DNA of 64,000 nucleotides from Piedraia hortae CBS 480.64 (Eukaryota). Positions 10,040-19,762 of the stretch are shown in pieces. The position numbers were made by a program, and so were the translations under genes. The notes below the pieces were generated by a model. It was not told the DNA's origin, ran no database searches, and saw nothing but the letters and a program-made list of their open reading frames with translations. The stretch lies in the NCBI GenBank assembly GCA_010093745.1, contig MU005966.1:317628-381627 (forward strand). Direction: 5' to 3'. Within the stretch, counting starts at the first letter, position 1. The number at the start of each line of letters is the position of its first letter.

Positions 10040-11746
10040 ATGTCGGATGAGGAGGAATTAAAGTCGAACGGGGACGTGGGATCAGACGACGATGTGATCA
10101 ACAACGGACTGATCGCAACTCGTGCCAAGCGTGCAACGGCCGGCAACCTCTATGCGTCGCTCCGCGCCAACTTGGATGATGAAGAGCTGCAGCGAGAACT
10201 CCTTGCGGAGGATGAGGAGGATGAGGGTGACTATAGGGAATCCAATAGCGATGATGACGATGAGGCACTTGAATCCTCCAGCGACGATGACGATGATGCC
10301 GGACCGCCGCAAGAGGGCGATCCAGAGGACTTGCAGGGCGAGAAAGAGTTGAAACGGGTAGAAAGGGCGGAAGCGCAGAAGAAGCGTAAGGCGCTGGATG
10401 CAAGACTTAAGATCCCAGCGTTTGCAAAGAAGCAGAAAAAAGTGCGGCTGGCCGACGATGCCAAAGCTACCGACGCCGCCCCTAAGACTAAGAAGAAGAG
10501 CGAGCGTGCCAATTGGCTACCAAGTCCAACAGACGCTCCGGTGCGTCAGTCCGGTCGCACGCTTGCAGTGGCCAATCGAGAAGTCATCCATGCACACCTC
10601 AAAGAATCGCTAGCGCGTTCAGAGAAGCAGCGACGTGTTATGAAGCGGGCGGCAGAGCGGGACCGGTTTAAAAAACGCGCACAGCTGACGCAGGAGCAGC
10701 GCCTTGAGGCATGTGCCCGCATTGCAAAGCAGACAGAGAAGGAGTTTGGGCGGTGGGAGCGCGAGGAGGAGGAGCGGCAACGGCAGCGGGAGGCCTATCT
10801 GGCAGCCAAGCGGCGGAGAGGCTTCGACGGGCCATTTGTGCGGCAGTGGCGTGGGAGCGTCCTGTGGATAGGCAATGAGATTAAGATCAAGAGGATCGCG
10901 CACGGTAGCAAGAAGATTGAGGAACTTGTGGCTGATTTGCCCATATCCCAACGCCCGCCGCCGCCGCCGCCAACGTGGATGGCCCCGCCGCTGCATTCAC
11001 AGTACGGCGGCTCAGCTGCCGCAGTTCATCCCGCACTCCCAGTTTCCCATGCAGCGTCTCCTTGGCGTCCACAGCCGCCACAAGCGATGTCCGAGCAGGG
11101 CGGCGTGGCATATACCTGGCCAGGCCAGCCACAGGGCGAAGCGAACACACAGAGACCAGGCCAACCCCCAGCCTACGCCCAAACGGCTCTCCCACCGGCT
11201 GCTCCCTTGCCCCAAACCGGTTGGATGCAGCAGCGCAACCAATACCCCGTCTACGTTCCCCAGTCCATAGCACCACCTGCACCGTTGATCAAAGAGCAGG
11301 CCCAGCGGTCTCTGGTGATGCTGGAGGGGTTCGCAAACCTCAACGGCACCAACACCCGCCGCGCCAGGAACGCAACTGCGCTGGACCCTACCGAGACGGC
11401 CAAGATCCTCTTACCTGATGCCTGTCCCTCCTTCACCGCAGACGAAGCCCGTTACCTGAATGCCAAGCATAGACGAGGTATGTACCCGCCCCCTCCGACC
11501 AAAACGCGTTGCGTCGTCATCCCGCACGAACCAGCCCGTTATCGTGATCCAAACTCCGGCCTGCCATACTGCGATAGACAGACGTTCCGCATCCTCCAGA
11601 ATGCCATTGGAGGACGATATCAATGGAGCTCGCTGTTGGGCGCTTGGGTAGGCAACCGCTACGGCAACTACGGCGCGCCAGCCAAGGGTGTGCCTCCGGG
11701 CTTCACTGGACGAGGCAATAGCGGAGCGTTCGGCAGCCTACCATGA
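10040..11746 (+). CDS. VPS72: SWR1 complex subunit Vps72/Swc2 (YL1)
   Basis: N-terminal LIATRAKRATAGN plus acidic tract; LTQEQRL; C-terminal YL1_C-like CVV..ARYRDPNSGLPY. Confidence 0.85.
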   Translation: MSDEEELKSNGDVGSDDDVINNGLIATRAKRATAGNLYASLRANLDDEELQRELLAEDEEDEGDYRESNSDDDDEALESSSDDDDDAGPPQEGDPEDLQGEKELKRVERAEAQKKRKALDARLKIPAFAKKQKKVRLADDAKATDAAPKTKKKSERANWLPSPTDAPVRQSGRTLAVANREVIHAHLKESLARSEKQRRVMKRAAERDRFKKRAQLTQEQRLEACARIAKQTEKEFGRWEREEEERQRQREAYLAAKRRRGFDGPFVRQWRGSVLWIGNEIKIKRIAHGSKKIEELVADLPISQRPPPPPPTWMAPPLHSQYGGSAAAVHPALPVSHAASPWRPQPPQAMSEQGGVAYTWPGQPQGEANTQRPGQPPAYAQTALPPAAPLPQTGWMQQRNQYPVYVPQSIAPPAPLIKEQAQRSLVMLEGFANLNGTNTRRARNATALDPTETAKILLPDACPSFTADEARYLNAKHRRGMYPPPPTKTRCVVIPHEPARYRDPNSGLPYCDRQTFRILQNAIGGRYQWSSLLGAWVGNRYGNYGAPAKGVPPGFTGRGNSGAFGSLP

Positions 11747-11968
11747 GTTTTAATTCTCACCTGTCCTATATTCAACTTTGTCTTGTTAGTGTAAATGATA
11801 AAGACTCATGTATGTTGTGTAATGCTGGCAAAAGGAAACCTGAAATCGGCACAGACGTGAACAAGGTACAGGAAACAGTTATGCCGTGCATGGAACGACC
11901 AGGCCGCCGAGCTGCACTCGGCGGACACTGCAAAACACGATTCCCATCTCCATGGCCATGGCTCCCGT

Positions 11969-12481
11969 CTATTTTTTCTTCTTGTCCTTTGTGGCACTCT
12001 TGGCCTTTGCCGTACCGCGTAGTTCCTTGGCGCGGTTCTTCCTCTGCTTCCCTGTAATCCGGTATTAGCAGCTGTAGCATCGATGCCGTGCCGGAAAGAG
12101 ACTCACGCTGCTGTCGGTTTGCCTTTTCAATCTTCTGTGCCATGCCGTAGCGGACGAGTCTGTAGCGGGGCTCGAACTTTTTCATTGTATCCTCAGAATC
12201 GTAGATGAGGGCAAAGCCCGTCGTCTTGCCGCCACCAAAGACCGTGCGCAGCCCAAAGACTGACGTAAGCTCCTTATTGACCTTGTATAGTTCGCCGAGT
12301 TTCCCGCGGAGATCATCTTTAGAGACGGTGGCGCGGCCGGGGTGAAGAATGTCGCTGCGGGCTGCGGTCAGTATCGGGCGCCGCAGGTTCGAGGAGCAAC
12401 ATACACGACCATCTGCTTACGACCCAGTAGAGGGTTGCGAACGAATTTGCGCGTGCGCAGGGTCACTTGGCCTTCAGACAT
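11969..12481 (-). CDS. RPS24: 40S ribosomal protein S24 (eS24); introns 12355-12404 and 12052-12106
   Basis: [61 protein letters not shown]. Confidence 0.95.
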
Positions 12482-12620
12482 GGTTGCGGTGGTGGTGGAG
12501 AAGCGAGTTTCGATGTGGTGCGTTCCATTGCCAAGAGTTGACGGCGGGTGTTGCCGTTCGCTTCATGCCTCAGGCACTACTCCTCCCCCACCATTTCTCA
12601 CGTCTCACGTCAGCCAAAAG

Positions 12621-13813
12621 ATGGAGATTGAACTGCTCGTGTTTCGACGACAATACCTACAGCTGCTTGAGCCAGAGTTCTTACAATGGCCTCCAAAACA
12701 GCTGCTAAAAGACCCAAGCACTCAGTTATGGTTGAGTAAGATCTTTGGACAATCCGACAACGAAAGACTGCCACCACCGCGATACCAGCTTCGAGTCCTC
12801 AAGCAGCTAGTCGCGAGGATTGAAGATTGTATAGAAGACCCAGAAGAGGATGTAAGCACTCACTAATTCGCTGTATAAAGCTGCCCCTTGGTAACCGACC
12901 TCAGGGAATATCAGACGAGTTAGTGTCCAAACTATCCGGTCTTGTTGCCGTAGAAATCCCTTCCGAGGCCATAGCGGTACAGCAAACTTCTCATGTTACC
13001 TTCACCTGTCTACCGTCCCATATCAATTCAGTGGAAGATCCGAATCAAGAACCCACGGTTACCCTTCTAGAGCGCCCTAACTTAATCTGTGGTTCTCAAA
13101 CCACGGGATTTCGAACCTGGGAAGCAGCTTTGCACCTGGGATCATTTTTACTGTCGCCTGAGGGTACTTCCCTCATCAAGAATAAAAACATCTTAGAGCT
13201 GGGTGCTGGAACAGGCTTCCCAGGAATTCTCTGCGCCAAACACCTTGGAGCCAAACACGCTACAAGCACCGACGGCGCTACGGACGTTGTAGAAGCTCTG
13301 AGGGAGAATTTTTTCCTGAACGGACTCGACAACAAGGAATTCAGTACACTAGACGTGCTCAAATTCGGACATGCTCTCAAGGGTACTTGGGTTGAAGACG
13401 ATTGCAATTCCCATCCTTATAATGTTGCAATTGGTTCTGACCTTGTAAGTCCTACCATTGAAAAACTTCTTATCCAAATTGACCTTCTTTCAACAGATGT
13501 ATCACAAAGGAACGATCTCCGCATTAGCTTCCACGCTCCGATATCTCTTTGAATTGAGACCCAACCTTTTGGTCGTCCTTTCCGGGGTCTTACGCAACGT
13601 CGATACTTTTCAAGCCGCCAGGGATGCTCTCGGTTCGTTAATCACTCCCTATTCGATCAATGTGATTACTTACGGCCTCTTGCAGCGAGTGCCAACTTTA
13701 CTGTAACGGATGTTGATTTTGACCCTGTTCCTCTTCGGAAGCAAGTCGGCCTGTTTTATGCCACGGCGGTGCCGATCAAAATTTTCAAAATCACAAAGCG
13801 TCCGGCAGGGTGA
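12621..13813 (+). CDS. EFM3: Protein-lysine methyltransferase, Efm3/FAM86-like; three short introns (~12852-12904, ~13445-13496, ~13632-13686)
   Basis: FRRQYLQL and RYQLRVLKQL N-domain; TTGFRTWEAALHLG; ILELGAGTG SAM-binding motif. Confidence 0.8.
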
Positions 13814-14111
13814 TTGTTTCACTATCGTGACGATGGTTCAGGTGCTATACGGTTATGGACTCTGCGTGTCCTTTTGGGCACGTCTCTACACAAGCATGAC
13901 AACTTTTCAAGATATCAGGTAGGGATGTCTGTGGTCAAGAAAGGTCCGGAAGACTTACGCTTCGTCGTGTGCACATCGCCCTATATCGAAGAACGATTGC
14001 GGATAAGCGACGACTGCAATTGGTACAGTTGGCACTGAAGTTTTTTGGCATAGATACAGGACTATCCGCTAGTAGAACGCCTCAACGCCCTGCACCGCCG
14101 GACTCAGCGAC

Positions 14112-15747
14112 TTATTTCTTGCTAGCCTTAGCCGCAGACTTGGTGACCTTGCCGCTCTTCTCCGACTTGACCACCGACTTGATAACGCCGACGGCCACCG
14201 TCTGCCTCATGTCACGGACCGCGAAGCGGCCGAGAGGAGGATAGTCAGTAAAGGCCTCGACGCACATAGGCTTGGATGGGATCATCTTGACAATGGCGGC
14301 GTCGCCGGACTTAACGAACTTGGGGTTCTGCTCAATCGACTTGCCAGAGCGGCGGTCAATCTTTTCGAGGAGCTCGGCAAACTTGCATGCAATGTGAGCA
14401 GTGTGGCAGTCGAGCACAGGGGCGTAGCCGGCGCCAATCTGTCCCGGGTGGTTGAGCACGATGACCTGGGCGTTGAAGCTGTCGCAACCCTTGGGGGGGT
14501 CGTTCTTGGAGTCACCGGCAACATTGCCACGACGGATCTCCTTGACGGAGACGTTCTTGACGTTGAAACCGACATTGTCGCCGGGAGTGCCCTTCTGGAG
14601 CTGCTCGTGGTGCATCTCGACAGACTTGACTTCGGTGGTAACGCCAGCTGGGGCAAAAGTGACGACCATGCCGGGGCTGATCGTGCCCGTCTCAACACGG
14701 CCGACAGGAACAGTTCCGATGCCACCAATCTTGTACACATCCTGGAGCGGCAGGCGCAAGGGCTTGTCGACCGGACGGCTGGGGGGGTCAATGGCATCAA
14801 TGGCCTCAAGCAGCGTTTTGCCAGTGACCTTGGCCTTGGTCTCCTTCTCCCAGCCCTTGTACCAGGGGCAGTTGGTGGACGGCTCGATCATGTTGTCACC
14901 ATTGAAGCCTGAGATGGGGACGAAGGGAACGGTCTTGGGGTTGTAGCCGACCTTCTTGATGAAGCTGGAAGTCTCCTTGATGATCTCATTGTAGCGATCC
15001 TCGGACCACTTGGTCGTGTCCATCTTGTTGATGGCAACAATGAGCTGCTTCACACCCAGTGTGTAGGCAAGTAGGGCGTGCTCGCGGGTCTGGCCATCCT
15101 TGGAGATACCGGCTTCAAACTCACCAGTGCCAGCGGCGATGATGAGAATGGCGCAGTCGGCCTGCGACGTACCGGTAATCATGTTCTTGATGAAGTCGCG
15201 ATGACCCGGCGCATCGATGACAGTGACGTAGTACTTGGGGGTCTCGAACTTCCAGAGGGCGATATCAATGGTGATACCGCGCTCGCGCTCGGCCTTGAGC
15301 TTGTCAAGCACCCAGGCATATTTGAATGAGCCCTTGCCCAGCTCAGCGGCTTCCTACACGCCGTCAGTATCCATAAAGACTACGGGCAGTAATGGAGGGC
15401 CATTGGCGGCGTTGACAGGTATCGGGCCTTGCTGGACCGCCACCCAATCAGGTCCAGTTGGAAAACTTTTCCATCAGCCTGGCGTGCAGAGGCGTGTACT
15501 TACCTTCTCAAACTTTTCAATGGTACGCTTGTCAATACCACCGCACTTGTAGATCAGGTCTGCGATTTTGTAAGCCACGATGTTCCGTCGTAACCATTGA
15601 AGACAGGTAGCACTTACGGCCAGTTGTGGTTGACTTGCCAGAATCGACATGGCCAATGACCACGACATTGATATGCGTCTTCTCTTTGCTGTTAGGCGTT
15701 AGCGACCTGTGCGAATGCGATGATCAGCGGCGCATCACTCACCCCAT
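14112..15747 (-). CDS. TEF1: Translation elongation factor 1-alpha; introns 15689-15742, 15560-15617, 15354-15503 (probable 5'UTR intron ~15792-15838)
   Basis: [37 protein letters not shown]; near-canonical eEF1A throughout. Confidence 0.99.
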
Positions 15748-15947
15748 GGTAAAGTGAGCCTAAGTGTCAGTGTGTGTAGAAACGGATGTAACTGCAACAG
15801 TCAGTGGAGAGGCTTGAGAACAAAGGTGTAGGACCTACGGTTCTGTGTATTGAGGGTCGTGTGATGGAAAGCAGGTGGAACAATTCGCCAGAAAATTGCA
15901 GTGTGCACCAAGTGGGGGGTTAAGTGGGGGAGTGGGGCGTTACGTAT

Positions 15948-17500
15948 CGTGTTCTCAATTGAGTAAAGTGATGTCATTAATGACCGTCCATGTCTTGGCG
16001 CACTTTGGACTGGGCGACTCACGCGCTGAACAGCTGGCTACCAGCAGCAATAATGTAAACAATGACATGCGCTTCAAGCTCTTCTGGCTCTGTCATTATG
16101 GTAGGCTCAACTGCCATCATTATCGTGGTTAGGCTGCGTGAAAGTTTGCAGCGTCATACACATATGGGTTCACCTCCGACTAGGGAGAGGATCAGTAGGT
16201 GATGTCATCTGGGAATGTTCACGCGAGAGGCCTCGTGGGAGCAGATCATATACAAAAGATAAGACGTGTCCCTGTGTGTAGAATAATTGAGATTCTCAGT
16301 CCTTTCGAGATGCAGTTGCAAAATTTTGAGGCAATCAAAAATATTTCATGAGCATCTTCAAACAATTCATGGCCTGCCGCAGGGCGTACCCTTCGGAGCA
16401 GACACAGCCATAAAGTTAAAAAGGTTTGCGGGGGGAACTAGATGCAGGGTATAACATGGTGCTCACCAAGCATGTACCCACTGAACTAAGCACCGCCAGA
16501 AGAGGACTGCTACCATAAACTGTTAAGTGAATTCGGTGGAACTCGTCCCATCGTTCCTGAAGCAATGCCACGATCTGGGCTGCAGCTGGTTTCTCCAAAC
16601 TAATCACGAGGCTGCATATCTTTTTTAAATTCCATCCGACTTCGATACTGTACGAATTTTTCAATCATTGATTCAGTGGTGCACAATTGCGGCAATCCAC
16701 CAATGTCTTGATCAGCTGGCTGTGAAAGACAAACCACGGGCCAACAAGGAAAGAGTGGTAGCACTCATGATGCCATGCTCGCCTGGCAATCTGGAAATCG
16801 ACAGCAACACCGCTGTTGATATCAAAATCGGCCAAGCCAACGATGAACCCATTTTTTCGATAGACCTCGCAAACTGCCTTGTTCGATCACATTGTGTCTT
16901 ATATCGCCTGTTGCAGATTATTAGCAGAGCTTAGGAGCTAATGACATCTCATCATCTTTGGGCCGCCGACCCCGCACTCCTTGGAACCAAGCATACACAA
17001 CACTTTATCCACTCAGCTACTACGCAGGTGGTGCTCTTGTTGATAATCCATGAAACGAATGCCATTAATCTTGCCTATGAAAACGGAAGAAAGTTGTTGC
17101 AGTCTTGTAGAGAGCAAATGATGCAAGTATAGCTTAGCAAACTGGATATGAGATCTGGATAAGGTTCTCCCTCGTGCAAGTTGAGAGTACCAAACTCAAA
17201 GCACTGACAGCCCGCATGATTTCCAATTGCGAACAGATCCTGCGCACTGGTTTAAGGATCTGGTCCACAATTTCTTATAAACGTCATGTCGCGATCCTGA
17301 TGGGATCAAGCCGTTACGCCGTTCGCCTCAACACGGAAGATGATAATCTTAGGGTTAGCTTCGACCGAAATGTTTCGCCTCGGAAACTTCCAGCCGAGTG
17401 CGATTCAATCGCGCATTGAATCGTTTCCAAGGATCTACATCCACGATATTGTGGTGCTTGATCCAGTTTGACACGCGATCTACGAGCTGACTCAAGGATT
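15948..17500 (-). ncRNA. Putative telomerase RNA (TER/TR), ~1.55 kb; ends approximate
   Basis: Template CUAACCCUAA at 17358-17349; antiparallel long-range pairing of 17434-17486 with 16232-16282; H-type pseudoknot at 16304-16371; three-way junction with 4-bp/5-nt P6.1-like hairpin at 16019-16141; no credible ORF. Element order matches the published Pezizomycotina TR architecture. Confidence 0.8.
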
Positions 17501-17539
17501 CGCCTGGTCGGATCCATCACATCGGGAGGGACACAGACC

Positions 17540-19246
17540 ATGGAAGCCAATCATGACGCAATTGAAGCCGACGCTGAGCTTCGCAATCAGAACGAACACG
17601 ATGCTCAAGAGACGTCGCCTTTGCTACCAAATGGCAACAACAGTGAACAGGAGACGCAATGGGATGCCGACTTTGCACACTTGCCGTGGTACAAGAGACC
17701 TTCGGTTTTCTGGGTGCTAGGCCCTTTCTTTTTCATGACACTCGCCTTCGGGGGCTCTGTTACTCCCAAAATTAACTTGATCTTGGAGATTGTGTGTCAA
17801 AAGTACAACTCGGAGCAGGGAATTGCCACGCCGGCGATACTGGATGACGATCAATGTCGAAACCCAGCGGTACAAGCACGCGTATCCATGTTCACACTCT
17901 ATGCCAGTCTTATTGCGGGATTTTTATCAGCTATCACCAGCCCAAAGCTTGGGGCTCTGTCAGATCGATATGGGCGAAAGCCTATATTGATCCTCACCAG
18001 TTTAGGGACGATATGCAGCGAGGTCATCACCATATTCGCGGCACTCTACCCTCAAACGTTTCCCCTCAGTTTACTCCTTATGGGGTTCGCCATCGATGGC
18101 CTGACGGGCTCATTCATTCTCGCAATGGCAATTGCTAATTCATATGCCGCTGATTGCACGCCTCCAGCCATGCGCAACGTGGCTTTTGGGTACTTTCATG
18201 GGTGTTTGTTCACAGGTTTGGCATTTGGACCCGTCTTGGCCGGCTACTTGGTTAAGGCCACGGGCAAAATTGTTATTGTTTTTTACTTCTTGCTCGCAGT
18301 GCACGTGGGCTTCGTGCTCTTCATTGGCATCTTGGTGCCGGAATCGCTGTCAAGGCGAAGGACATTGGCTACACGGGAAAGACATCAAAAGGACCAGGCT
18401 GATCTTACGCCGGCCACTGATTGGAAACGCTTTTGGGATTCGATTAATCTCCTTGCACCGCTCAAGATTCTATGGCCTACGGGCCCTGGCACAACAACAG
18501 CGCTCAGGCGTAACTTGATCCTCTTGGCAGCTGTGGACACCATCCTCTTTGGTGTTGCCATGGGCAGCATGACGGTGCTCATTATCTACACAAACTACCA
18601 GTTTGGATGGAAAACGTTTGAGTCTGCTCGCTTCATGTCCATTGTTAACAGTTCACGCGTGTTCTGTCTGGTGGCCGTTCTGCCGGTACTGACGAAATAC
18701 TTCAGAGGCACAGCAGGTAAGCGGAAAAGAACGGATGGAACTGACAGGTTCGACCTTGTAATCATCCGTGTTGCTGTGCTATTTGACACGCTAGGGTATT
18801 TTGGCTACGCGCTGGCTCGAAATGAGGGTCTGTTCACCCTATCGGGCGTGATAGCAGCTATTGGTGGTATTGGCGCACCCACGCTGCAGTCAGCATTGAC
18901 GAAACATGTCCCGGCCGATCAGACCGGCCAGCTGCTGGGCGCTAGTGGCTTGCTGCACTCGCTGGCACGAGTTGTGGCGCCGACAGTGTTCAACGCCATT
19001 TACTCGGCTACGGTGGGCAAATACACGCAAGCGGTATATGTGTGTCTGACAGCCACGTTCGTGCTGGCCTTCATTGCCAGCTGGCTCATTCAGCCACACG
19101 GTAAGTGTAGTGCAGCATATGCACCTTGAGCCTTGGCTGACGGCATTCCAGTCTACCTCTCCACAGGCGAGGAATATGTTTCAGAGTCCGACCAACTAGA
19201 CGGTGACATGCCATCTGACCAAGGCGAAAGCGCACGAGCACGGTGA
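17540..19246 (+). CDS. MFS transporter (tetracycline-efflux/SLC46-like); short intron starting at 19101
   Basis: GALSDRYGRKP MFS motif A; ~12 hydrophobic helices; GQLLGA; N-terminal ETSPLL sorting motif. Confidence 0.88.
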
Positions 19247-19762
19247 AGCAGCCATCTCTACAATTAGCTTTTATTACAAGCATGCTCACCGCACCAGCAG
19301 ATCTTCGCTGGGGGCGCTGAACCACGTTTTACTGTAGTTTGGGGGAGGTGCGGCCGCGACCGCTGATCGCACAAGTCGTGTGACAGCACATGGACAGTGG
19401 CAGGTGGGAAACTGACAGGAGAGCGTGAAACAGCAGAAGCGGTCTGTAACTACTATTCTGCCCAACGAGGGGTGTCAAGGTGGACTGCGGTTGGGTTCCC
19501 CCGCGGACTTGGCCAAGCTGAAACGCCCCTCAAACGGCCGCAGCCTTTTCTCCCCTCACTGCGCCCCAACACCACCATTGTGCCCCTCTTGCATCCCCGA
19601 ATACCGTCTGTGAATGGCCAGTCGGAATAATAGCTCCCAGCGTATCTACCGCACAAGGACCGAGAGCTGATGATCTCAACACCAACGTGGTAGAGGGAGG
19701 GAGCAGCGTTGAGCCAACCACACATTCATTTCCCATTAACATACACACTTAGATAATCCCTA

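Noticed and set aside
15886..15898. Sm site AAUUUUCUGG for the TR
   Set aside because: Imperfect, downstream of the candidate cleavage site, and could equally be a TEF1 promoter element.
17349..17358. Interstitial telomeric repeat or chromosome-fusion scar
   Set aside because: Under two repeat units and embedded in TR-like structure, not an array.
16416..17550. Short ORFs (63-88 aa) between TEF1 and the MFS gene
   Set aside because: No recognisable motifs, mostly non-ATG starts; the region is better explained as structured ncRNA.
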